From IMG/VR virus record IMGVR_UViG_3300031521_000029, positions 1-64,000 of that record: a stretch of 64,000 bases of DNA; one strand, 5' to 3'. Positions 29,563 through 37,436 of this stretch are shown here, piece by piece (position 1 is the first letter of the stretch; each line of letters opens with the position of its first letter). The stretch comes from a virus. The notes below the pieces were generated by a model. The model saw only the letters and a program-made list of their open reading frames with translations, ran no database searches and was not told the origin of the DNA. Made by a program: the position numbers and the translations under genes.

Positions 29563-29734
29563 TAGATGGTTTGTTTTTCCTTGAATGGTTTATTTGCTGT
29601 TCCCATCTAAATTTTACAAGATTCGTGTCTTACGACAGTTTTCAATATAATGAATATAATGCTGTTCGAATCTTAAATTGGGCTAGATGCTTTTTTGTTT
29701 TTTATATAAAAAAATTAACTGCTGTTAGCATCTA
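29563..29734 (-). ncRNA. array of three covarying stem-loops, each with AACAGCA, in the leader of the TROVE-like gene
   Basis: Minus strand: UAGAUGCU-AACAGCA..AGCAUCUA (29684-29734); AAGAUUCG-AACAGCA..CGAAUCUU (29618-29674); UAGAUGG-G-AACAGCA..CCAUCUA (29563-29609). Confidence 0.8.
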
Positions 29735-29748
29735 AAACTGACTTTATA

Positions 29749-30174
29749 TTACTGCCAAACAACTTGTGCGATTACTGCCTGTGACGTTGCATTTGTTGGC
29801 GTTGGAGTTTTTACATATAATACGAGTTGATATGTAGCAGTATTAGTGGCCGGAAATGTCACAGTTCCATTTGTACTACACCAAATCATACCGTCTGCTC
29901 TTCGTTGAACTGCAACAGCAGAACGATATGGAGTTCCATATCCAGACACATCCGTAAATGTAGCCTGAGTCGTTCCGACTGGAGGAGTCAACCAAAAAGA
30001 CGCTGCCCCATTGGTCATTTTCAATGAACCACGATAATCGCCGGGGCATCCTGCGACAGGAGATTTTGCCGCAGAAATCGTAATTGTGTTTGTTTGTGTA
30101 TAGGTTGTTTGAGCATTTGATACAATTACCAATCCAATTGTCATTGCCAATCCTAAGAATAGTTTTTTCATCAT
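29749..30174 (-). CDS. secreted beta-rich protein
   Basis: Signal peptide MMKKLFLGLAMTIGLVIVSNA; Thr-rich, two Cys. Confidence 0.7.
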   Translation of the reverse strand: MMKKLFLGLAMTIGLVIVSNAQTTYTQTNTITISAAKSPVAGCPGDYRGSLKMTNGAASFWLTPPVGTTQATFTDVSGYGTPYRSAVAVQRRADGMIWCSTNGTVTFPATNTATYQLVLYVKTPTPTNATSQAVIAQVVWQ

Positions 30175-30256
30175 ATTTGTTTATTTTTTGTTTATTGCCA
30201 TTATTTATATTACAGTAAACAGCTATACCATATAGTGTCTTTCTGATTGAGTTTGT

Positions 30257-30285
30257 ACTTTACTCTAACTTCGGGTTAGTGTCAA
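30257..30285 (-). promoter_or_regulatory. sigma70-like promoter upstream of the secreted-protein / hairpin-array / TROVE unit
   Basis: TTGACA-17-TAAAGT. Confidence 0.6.
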
Positions 30286-30350
30286 GTGTTTTCTGATGCG
30301 TTCCTGTTGTAACCATATATATGACCACAAAACTAAAAACGTAAAAAATC

Positions 30351-30653
30351 TTAAATCTGAAAATTATTTACTTGTTCAACGAGCTGTGACCACAAAAACA
30401 TATTCCATTTATCCACTGTCAAACAATAATCAACATTAACTGGTTCTTCATGAGGTTTGTATCCATTTCCAGGAGAATGAAATGTGTCACAATGGAGTTC
30501 TCCATTCATCAATTTCAATAGTGGTCGTGAACCTCCTTCCGAACGATAATCTCCTGCGGATGTGTGATTTGCACAGACATCATCCCACGGGCAATCTTTT
30601 TGTAAACAAATGATTCCGTTACATTTATCTTTTGGTTCTACTTTAATTTTCAT
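30351..30653 (-). CDS. hypothetical Cys-containing protein
   Basis: 100-aa ORF. Confidence 0.55.
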   Translation of the reverse strand: MKIKVEPKDKCNGIICLQKDCPWDDVCANHTSAGDYRSEGGSRPLLKLMNGELHCDTFHSPGNGYKPHEEPVNVDYCLTVDKWNMFLWSQLVEQVNNFQI

Positions 30654-30877
30654 TCATCTTTAACAATTGCGGTATGTGGAACATTTAATGTTCTGTATGG
30701 ATATGACGGAAAATGACTTGGAAATTCAACCATCCACATATCAATGATATGTATCGTTGACCGACCAACGATTTTACCTTGCAAAATACCAGCATCAGAC
30801 CCAAAGAATGACATATCCACTTTAACAAGTTCTTGGTCTTTGAAATTTGGTTTGTGTTCCATCGTGTAATGTGTCAT
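30650..30877 (-). CDS. hypothetical SH3-like protein
   Basis: 75-aa ORF. Confidence 0.55.
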   Translation of the reverse strand: MTHYTMEHKPNFKDQELVKVDMSFFGSDAGILQGKIVGRSTIHIIDMWMVEFPSHFPSYPYRTLNVPHTAIVKDE

Positions 30878-30910
30878 AATGGTTATATAGTATCAGTCGT
30901 TTAAAAGAAG

Positions 30911-31582
30911 TCAAGCATTATCAATTATCTGTGTAATGATGTTCAAAAACTGTTTACTTGTAGATTCTTTAAAATAAATCTGTTTTGATGTATCTATTAT
31001 ACACAAGGCAATTCCACGTTCAATACAAGCCTGAAATTTTCTTTGGTCATTATTTTGTGTTTTATGTAATTTAGCATTGCCATAAATAGGTTCATAATGA
31101 AAAATTCCATTTAATTCAAAGGCCAGTTTCAACGATGGAATATAAATGTCCAATTCAGAGTTGATGATGTCGGTTTTATTGAAATGAATTTCAAGGGTAG
31201 GATATAGTTTTGTGAGTTGTTCTTCTAACCATTTTTCTAATTTAGACCTACGATATCCAGTTGTTTTGTGAGAATTTTGATATTGAGTTGAACAAGAATG
31301 ATTACAAAAATTATTTTTAGATTTTTTTATAACGTTATTGGGTTTTCTATGTTCATTACCACACTGAACACATTTTACTAATGTAGTTTGTGTTAGTGTT
31401 TTATATTTACCAAAACATTCTAAACTACAAAATCGACAAACATGCCCACTCGTTTTTTTAATCCCCATTTTAACAGAACATTTTAATTTATAAAAAATAT
31501 TGTGACAATTTTCACACTCCAATGGTATTAATTCCTTACTTTTTTTACTATTAAATTCTTGATTGTTTATTAACATTTTCAT
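30911..31582 (-). CDS. putative homing endonuclease (Zn fingers plus PD-(D/E)xK)
   Basis: Two CxxC...FCxxxC units; ELDIYIPSLKLAFELNGIFHY. Confidence 0.8.
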   Translation of the reverse strand: MKMLINNQEFNSKKSKELIPLECENCHNIFYKLKCSVKMGIKKTSGHVCRFCSLECFGKYKTLTQTTLVKCVQCGNEHRKPNNVIKKSKNNFCNHSCSTQYQNSHKTTGYRRSKLEKWLEEQLTKLYPTLEIHFNKTDIINSELDIYIPSLKLAFELNGIFHYEPIYGNAKLHKTQNNDQRKFQACIERGIALCIIDTSKQIYFKESTSKQFLNIITQIIDNA

Positions 31583-31643
31583 ATCAATAAATAGAAATCA
31601 AAATTCTAAAACGTCAATACGCTCTAAAAAATAACTGAAAGGC

Positions 31644-31671
31644 TTGACAGTTTTCTTTTTTCTGTTATAGT
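31644..31671 (+). promoter_or_regulatory. sigma70-like promoter of the tRNA cluster
   Basis: TTGACA-16-TATAGT with extended TG. Confidence 0.75.
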
Positions 31672-31682
31672 TATTCACGTAA

Positions 31683-31756
31683 GCGGAATTGGTTTAATGG
31701 TAGAACTGGACATTGCCAATGTTCGGGCAGGAGTTCGATTCTCCTATTCCGCACCA
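31683..31756 (+). tRNA. tRNA-Gly(GCC)
   Basis: GCGGAAT/ATTCCGC acceptor, GGACA-TTGCCAA-TGTTC, AGGAG-TTCGATT-CTCCT, CCA. Confidence 0.92.
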
Positions 31757-31757
31757 C

Positions 31758-31832
31758 GCAGGTATCGTATAACGGCTATTATTCGGCACTTCCAATGCTG
31801 AGACGTGGTTTCGACTACCACTACCTGCTCCA
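31758..31832 (+). tRNA. tRNA-Gly(TCC)
   Basis: GCAGGTA/TACCTGC acceptor, CGGCA-CTTCCAA-TGCTG, T arm, TCCA. Confidence 0.92.
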
Positions 31833-31839
31833 ATTTCTT

Positions 31840-31929
31840 GGCCCTAAGATGTAAGGTGCATGGACTCACTTATGATGAGTATTCGCTAGATAGGCGTGCT
31901 GGACGGTTCGATTCCGTATAGGGCTACCA
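31840..31929 (+). tRNA. atypical tRNA with UAU anticodon (Ile/AUA) and long variable arm
   Basis: GGCCCTA/TAGGGCT, ACTCA-CTTATGA-TGAGT, about 21-nt variable region, ACGG-TTCGATT-CCGT, ACCA. Confidence 0.8.
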
Positions 31930-31949
31930 AAATTTAACCTATTATTGAA

Positions 31950-31978
31950 TTGACAATATTTGTCAATCTGAATAATAT
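31950..31978 (+). promoter_or_regulatory. internal sigma70-like promoter overlapping a palindrome
   Basis: TTGACA-17-TAATAT; ATTGACAA-TAT-TTGTCAAT inverted repeat. Confidence 0.65.
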
Positions 31979-32063
31979 GAATGGTGGAATAGATGGGTGT
32001 TCGGTAAGAACATGCTTGAGAGTCATAATACTCGCCACTCGGTATATGACCAAACAATTTTAT

Positions 32064-32139
32064 TGCGGGTTACAGTTCTGCTGAACTGGGGTGTCTCATA
32101 AGCATTCTTAGAGTGGTTGAATTCCACTATCCGCTACCA
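32064..32139 (+). tRNA. tRNA-Met(CAU), initiator-like and atypical
   Basis: U1:U72 mismatch, GCGGGT/ATCCGC, 6-bp D stem CAGTTC/GAACTG, CTCATAA loop, AGTGG-TTGAATT-CCACT, ACCA. Confidence 0.8.
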
Positions 32140-32144
32140 ATTTT

Positions 32145-32291
32145 ATGAAAAAATCCATTAAACGAAAACGAGTTGTTCGAGGTGAAAGAACTTCCGATGG
32201 ACATTGGATTGGAATAGATACAAAATACAATCCAGAAGGTAAAATTGTCATCAAAGATAAAAATGACAAAGTTATTGCCCTTCAAGGTTAA
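32145..32291 (+). CDS. small basic hypothetical protein (48 aa) within the tRNA cluster
   Basis: MKKSIKRKRVVRGERTSDGHWIGIDTKYNPEGKIVIKDKNDKVIALQG fills the gap between tRNAs. Confidence 0.5.
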   Translation: MKKSIKRKRVVRGERTSDGHWIGIDTKYNPEGKIVIKDKNDKVIALQG

Positions 32292-32297
32292 CTTTAT

Positions 32298-32383
32298 GCT
32301 ACTGTGGCGAAATGGTAGACGCGATTTGCTTAAGACGAGTTTCCAGAAATGGAGTGTGGGTTCAAGTCCCTCCAGTAGTACCA
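32298..32383 (+). tRNA. tRNA-Leu(TAA)
   Basis: GCTACTG/CAGTAGT, D arm GCG..CGC, CTTAAGA loop, V arm TCCA-GAAA-TGGA, CCA. Confidence 0.93.
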
Positions 32384-32629
32384 ATTTTTAATGAAATATT
32401 TATCCCCATTTATCGTTATTCTCCATATCACTTCCAATTGTAGCATTGTTAACTATCATTAGTATTTTTACTTCAACTGATTATGTAGAACCATACGTCA
32501 GTCTTCTTTACAAGTTCACTGACAAATATCCTTGATTTTACCCATTCTCACGATATAATTTCCTCACGATTATTCACATCAAAAAAGAAAAATAATGGTG
32601 ATTTCATATTTCAATTATATTTATGATAT

Positions 32630-33307
32630 ATGAATATTGATTTATACCAAAAAAATTGTCCTGATTGTAAAAAATTACAAAATTATTCAAATAAATATAA
32701 ACTATCAAGAGCATTAAAAAACAACTCTCGTTGTGACGAATGTTCAAGAAAACAACCGTCTAAAAAACGGCAAGACCTAACCGGAAACATATATGGTAGG
32801 TTGATGGTATTATCTTTTTATGAAAAACGAGGAAAACAACAATATTGGAAATGTAAATGTAGATGCGGAAATGAAACTATTGTCGGTCACACACATTTAA
32901 CACGACAAACAATTAGGTCTTGTGGATGTAGTCATTTTTATTTAAGAGATAAACATCCGCATTGGACAGGGTATAAAGAAATTTCTGGTTCAATGTGGGG
33001 ACAAATTCTAAAAAGCGCCAGAGTTCGAAATTTAATTTTTGAATTGACAATTGAACAAATATGGGATAAATTTATTATACAAGACAGAAAATGCGCTTTA
33101 TCAGGAGTAGAGTTAACATTTAACGATTGTCAAAAAGTTAGAAATGGAACAGCGTCATTAGATAGAATAGATTCATCAAAAGGATATACTATAGACAATG
33201 TTCAGTGGGTTCATAAAGATGTCAATATTATGAAACAGGACATGAAAGAAAAAGATTTTTTAAATTGGTGTAAAATTATCAATGAAAGGAACCATTGTGA
33301 AGCCTAA
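32630..33307 (+). CDS. HNH-type homing endonuclease
   Basis: DLTGNIYGRL...WKCKCRCG...SCGC; KCALSG...SLDRIDSSKGYTIDNVQWV..DVN.MK. Confidence 0.85.
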   Translation: MNIDLYQKNCPDCKKLQNYSNKYKLSRALKNNSRCDECSRKQPSKKRQDLTGNIYGRLMVLSFYEKRGKQQYWKCKCRCGNETIVGHTHLTRQTIRSCGCSHFYLRDKHPHWTGYKEISGSMWGQILKSARVRNLIFELTIEQIWDKFIIQDRKCALSGVELTFNDCQKVRNGTASLDRIDSSKGYTIDNVQWVHKDVNIMKQDMKEKDFLNWCKIINERNHCEA

Positions 33308-33947
33308 ACGCATATTACTTTTGCGTCACGCAGAGTCGGAGGGTAATGTAAACAAAGAAATTTACAAGACCAAACCGGATTATGCTTTAAATCTAACTCC
33401 GAACGGTCATAAACAAGCCACAGATGCAGGTATTAAGTTACAAAGTCTGATTAAACGTGAGTCTGTGTCCTGTTATGTTTCTCCATTTTACAGAACACGT
33501 CAAACTTACGGCAATATAGTTCCATTTCTTAACATAAAAGAAATGAGAGAAGACCCAAGATTAAGAGAACAAGAGTGGTGTGGAAAACTTCGTGTTAATG
33601 GTTATGATTATAATACCGAGGAAGAAAGAGATGCCTTTGGTCATTTTTATTACAGATTCCACGGTGGAGAAAGTTGTGCGGATGTATTCGACAGAATAAG
33701 TACATTTCTCGAAACTTTACACCGTGACTTTGAGAAGGAAACGAATCCAAATAATTGTATCATTGTCACACACGGTATGACTTTGAGAGTAATTTTAATG
33801 AGATGGTTTCATATGACCGTTGAAGATTTTGAACTTTTGAGAAATCCAAAAAACGCAAAGTTTGTAGTTATGGAATTACAACCGAACGGAAAATATAAAC
33901 TCATTACAGAGATGGAAAAATACGATAAGAGAACTTGTAAATTTTAA
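33282..33947 (+). CDS. histidine phosphatase (PGM family)
   Basis: LLRHAES, SPFYRTRQT, LREQ, GES, VTHG. Confidence 0.92.
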   Translation: MKGTIVKPKRILLLRHAESEGNVNKEIYKTKPDYALNLTPNGHKQATDAGIKLQSLIKRESVSCYVSPFYRTRQTYGNIVPFLNIKEMREDPRLREQEWCGKLRVNGYDYNTEEERDAFGHFYYRFHGGESCADVFDRISTFLETLHRDFEKETNPNNCIIVTHGMTLRVILMRWFHMTVEDFELLRNPKNAKFVVMELQPNGKYKLITEMEKYDKRTCKF

Positions 33948-33950
33948 AAT

Positions 33951-34271
33951 ATGTTAACCGACTTAAATAAATTTAATGAATTCATTAAAGAAAGAGATGA
34001 ATTTTCATTTAAAACATTTGGAACGCCAAATGAACGTGGATGCGAATGTCCACTTTTACATCTTCAAGATGAAATAAAAGAATTATTGGAAAATCCAAAC
34101 GACCCAATGGAATGGGCCGATTGTTTCTTACTTTTGATTGACGCGGCCAGACGAAAAGGATATTCAATCGATGACCTTTTAGATTTCTCAATTAAAAAAT
34201 TAGAAATAAATAAGAATCGAACATGGAAAAAACAACCAAATGGTGTATTTAAACATACTAACAAAGAGTGA
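33951..34271 (+). CDS. DUF550-like dATP/dGTP pyrophosphohydrolase (MazG fold)
   Basis: FS..TFG...PLLHLQDEIKEL...EWADC..L..DA.RR...KLEINKNR.W. Confidence 0.85.
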   Translation: MLTDLNKFNEFIKERDEFSFKTFGTPNERGCECPLLHLQDEIKELLENPNDPMEWADCFLLLIDAARRKGYSIDDLLDFSIKKLEINKNRTWKKQPNGVFKHTNKE

Positions 34272-34368
34272 TATTAAATAATACTTTTATTTATTTGATT
34301 GATATGTATGGAATCAAAGTTGACAAAACTATTCGGTCACGGTAAACTATCTTTAATAAGAAAATCGT

Positions 34369-35394
34369 ATGAATAAATTAGCGACAATACAAAAAATCCA
34401 TTCAATTCAAATACATCCAAACGCCGATAATTTATCCATTGCCCGGGTTTTAGAATGGCCAATTGTTGTAAAAAAAGGCCAATTTAGTGAGGGAGAATTG
34501 GTGGTATTTATTGAGATAGATTCAATTGTTCCAGAAACACAATATTTTGAATTTATGAGAAAACAAAAATTCCGAATCTGGAATGCAAGATTTCGTGGAA
34601 GTCCAAGTTCAGGATTAGTTTGTCCATTGTCAATTTTACCACAAAAAATAACAATCGACGACGATGGTTATGAAATAAACAATACATACAACGAAGGTGA
34701 TGATGTTTCCACGATACTTGGTATAACAAAATATGAAAAGCCACTAGACGTTACTGTCCGTGGTGACGCCGCAGGAAATTTTCCAACCAGTTTGATTTCG
34801 ATTTCTGATGAAGATAATATGTTAAGTAATTATAATTCTTTAGAAGAACTAGAAAACAAAGAGATTTACATCACTCAAAAAGTTGATGGTAGTTCTACCA
34901 CATTTATATTTAATGACGGAGAATTCAAAGCCTGTTCAAGACGATTTGAGTTAAAAGAGGGAAGTGGATTTCCTTGGCAAGCAGCAATCAAATATGATGT
35001 TCGTAATAAGATGACGACGTTGAATAGAAACCTTGCCATTCAGTGTGAATCCATTGGGCCAAAACTCAATGGCAACTCAATGGAGTTGAAAGATTTGGAG
35101 ATTAAAGTATTTAGAATCAAGGATTTGGATACCAGAGAGATTTTAAATTATTTTGATTTAAGTGTTATGTGTAATAACGTATTAAATTTACCGATGGTTG
35201 ATGTAATAGACCGGTTTATATTTGATAAAAACATTCACACCATTGAGTATTTCAGACAACTTGCAGATTCACAAACTTGGAAGACCAATGGTAAGCCAGG
35301 CGAGGGGGTGGTGGTAGCCCCAACGATTCCTTTTTATTCACCCTCCATAGGGAAGGAGTGGAGTTTAAAATTAATTAATCAAAATTACAAATGA
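34369..35394 (+). CDS. RNA ligase (DRB0094-like)
   Basis: LATIQKI...HPNADNL OB domain, FIEIDS, TQKVDGSS, QCE..G, EGVV, SLKLIN. Confidence 0.9.
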   Translation: MNKLATIQKIHSIQIHPNADNLSIARVLEWPIVVKKGQFSEGELVVFIEIDSIVPETQYFEFMRKQKFRIWNARFRGSPSSGLVCPLSILPQKITIDDDGYEINNTYNEGDDVSTILGITKYEKPLDVTVRGDAAGNFPTSLISISDEDNMLSNYNSLEELENKEIYITQKVDGSSTTFIFNDGEFKACSRRFELKEGSGFPWQAAIKYDVRNKMTTLNRNLAIQCESIGPKLNGNSMELKDLEIKVFRIKDLDTREILNYFDLSVMCNNVLNLPMVDVIDRFIFDKNIHTIEYFRQLADSQTWKTNGKPGEGVVVAPTIPFYSPSIGKEWSLKLINQNYK

Positions 35395-35432
35395 GTTGAC
35401 AAAACAATTATAACTGATATAGTTAATTAAAC

Positions 35433-35603
35433 ATGACCAATAGAATACGATTCATAGTGTATTTGATAATAATACTGATTGTTGGATATCATATAATTGC
35501 GTTTGGAGTATTCCAAGTTAGAAACCAAAAAGCGAATCAAATGACTTTTTATTCTCATTATATCGATGTGGTCACTTTTAAAAAAGTAATTGAATTTCAA
35601 TAA
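35433..35603 (+). CDS. small membrane protein
   Basis: MTNRIRFIVYLIIILIVGYHIIAFG...; TTGACA..TATAGT promoter upstream. Confidence 0.5.
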   Translation: MTNRIRFIVYLIIILIVGYHIIAFGVFQVRNQKANQMTFYSHYIDVVTFKKVIEFQ

Positions 35604-35856
35604 TATGACACGACAAGAAATACGTGAAAAGTTTAAATTTGTTAAAATCGAAACACCTACGTCACCAACGGAAGGATATTGTTATACAGGCAACCTTATA
35701 AGTATTGATTCACAAATACGTAACTTAAAAGAGGGAAAAAATAAAATTTTTTATTTTAAAATCTCTCCAATTGACAATGATAACATATCTGATGGATGTA
35801 TCAATTTAGCTTTAGTTTCTGAATGTGTTTATCTATCACCTACAAAATATGTATAA
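35590..35856 (+). CDS. hypothetical protein
   Basis: ORF; likely starts at an internal ATG. Confidence 0.45.
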   Translation: MNFNNMTRQEIREKFKFVKIETPTSPTEGYCYTGNLISIDSQIRNLKEGKNKIFYFKISPIDNDNISDGCINLALVSECVYLSPTKYV

Positions 35857-36229
35857 TCTCTTTCTCGATGATGTTCGTGACCCAAATAAATTCCTTGATG
35901 ATGTTCGTTCATGGGTTATAGTTCGTAATTACAATTCATTTGTAAGAACGATAGAAAAAGAAGGTCTACCAGCATTTATATCATTTGACCACGATTTAGC
36001 GTGGGAGCATTATCCAAAATGTGATGTAAAGATTGGAGTTATATCATACGACTCATATAGAGAAAGAACAGGTTATGATTGCGCCAAATGGTTGGTGGAA
36101 TTTTGTATGAAAACAGAACAAGCATTGCCAGAATTTCAAGTACATTCTATGAATCCGGTTGGAAAACGAAATATCGAAGTTCTTTTATCAGGTTATAAAA
36201 AAACAATACAAAACACAGATTATTTATGA
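35849..36229 (+). CDS. cyclic-phosphate-processing receiver-like domain protein
   Basis: LFLDDVR.P, ISFDHDL, TGYDCAKWL, VHSMNPVG. Confidence 0.85.
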   Translation: MYNLFLDDVRDPNKFLDDVRSWVIVRNYNSFVRTIEKEGLPAFISFDHDLAWEHYPKCDVKIGVISYDSYRERTGYDCAKWLVEFCMKTEQALPEFQVHSMNPVGKRNIEVLLSGYKKTIQNTDYL

Positions 36230-36696
36230 ATAAGTTAGAAATAGGTGGACAAAAAAATAAAGCTTTAATGATTTTAGTCGGCCCTCCTGCGAGTGGAAAA
36301 TCTACCTGGGGGAAAAAATTTGCCGAAGAAAACGGAGTTGAATACGTCTCTACCGATGAAATTAGAGCTAAAATAGGTTCTGGAGAAGGCGACCAATCAG
36401 TATCCGCAGCCGCATTTAGTATCGCACGTAGAAAAGTTTCAGATGCTTTGAAAGCCGAGAAAAGTGCGATGATTGATGCGACTAGTGTAAACCGCAAGGC
36501 CCGTAAAGATTGGATTAAAATGGGGCGAGACGCAGGCGCATTCGTTATCGCAGTCGCCTTTGAGGTTCCAAAGGAAGAACTTTATAGAAGAGATGCAGAA
36601 AGACCACGTCATGTTGGAAATGAAATTATTGACAGATTTGTTGACAAATACGAACGTCCAACAACACAAGAAGTTGACAAAGTAATTGTTAAATAA
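36226..36696 (+). CDS. polynucleotide kinase (AAA_33, Pnk kinase module)
   Basis: GPPASGKST, STDEIR, IDATS...R, RDAER.R.V. Confidence 0.85.
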   Translation: MNKLEIGGQKNKALMILVGPPASGKSTWGKKFAEENGVEYVSTDEIRAKIGSGEGDQSVSAAAFSIARRKVSDALKAEKSAMIDATSVNRKARKDWIKMGRDAGAFVIAVAFEVPKEELYRRDAERPRHVGNEIIDRFVDKYERPTTQEVDKVIVK

Positions 36697-36736
36697 TTTA
36701 TGGGACTTAGCTTCCTAAAAAGATTACGATAAAGCC

Positions 36737-37222
36737 ATGAAAAATATCACACCAACAGTAGAACCAACTAAAGTATCAGAAGAAACAATTAAAGCCATTG
36801 ATGACCTAAATGAACATAGTTCAAATGGGTTGGGTCGCTGGATTCATGATGAACGACTGGGAACAGTTTGGCAATTACAAGGCGACCAAATGGACGACGT
36901 TAAAGTACCGCCTAATCCACCAACACCACCAGTCTTATTGGAGAAGTTAGTCAAGTGGGGTAAGAGTTATGATTTCGATAATCTACCAAAAAATGCGGTT
37001 GTACTAATCAAACTTGACGTCAGAGACCCGATGCGTGTTCAGATGATGCAACGAGCCATTGCTAATCAAGTCCTAGAACCAAGAAGAGAAACACTTAAAT
37101 CTAAACAGATATGTGTTCTATTTATGGAAGCCGGAGATAATATCGAAGTAATGAACGAAGAAGATATGAAACAGGCCGGCTGGGAAAAGAAAGACAAAAA
37201 ACTAATCATTACACTTAACTAA
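36737..37222 (+). CDS. hypothetical protein
   Basis: 161-aa ORF. Confidence 0.6.
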   Translation: MKNITPTVEPTKVSEETIKAIDDLNEHSSNGLGRWIHDERLGTVWQLQGDQMDDVKVPPNPPTPPVLLEKLVKWGKSYDFDNLPKNAVVLIKLDVRDPMRVQMMQRAIANQVLEPRRETLKSKQICVLFMEAGDNIEVMNEEDMKQAGWEKKDKKLIITLN

Positions 37223-37436
37223 TATGGAAATTGTGATTATAGCATTATTCGGATTGGCATTAACTTATTTTCTTGCCAAGCCAGACAAAGAATCAGATGA
37301 ACAACCAAATGAATCTGGCGATGGGTTGTTTAACGATTCAAATTCCAATGAATTTTGGAATCCTGGAGACGGAGAAGATTTAACATAATTTTATATAGGC
37401 TTGACCTATATAAAAATTATGATAGACTTATAAAGT

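Noticed and set aside
29563-29734. Hairpin array as a mini-CRISPR or as terminators
   Set aside because: Units share structure plus a 7-nt motif rather than identical repeats; loops are over 30 nt with no U-tracts on the sense strand; no cas genes are adjacent.
31989-32037. Resemblance to a fluoride riboswitch (GAUGGGUGUUCG...UAAUAC)
   Set aside because: P1 is poor, the conserved UGA in the 3' segment is missing, and the downstream gene is a tRNA.
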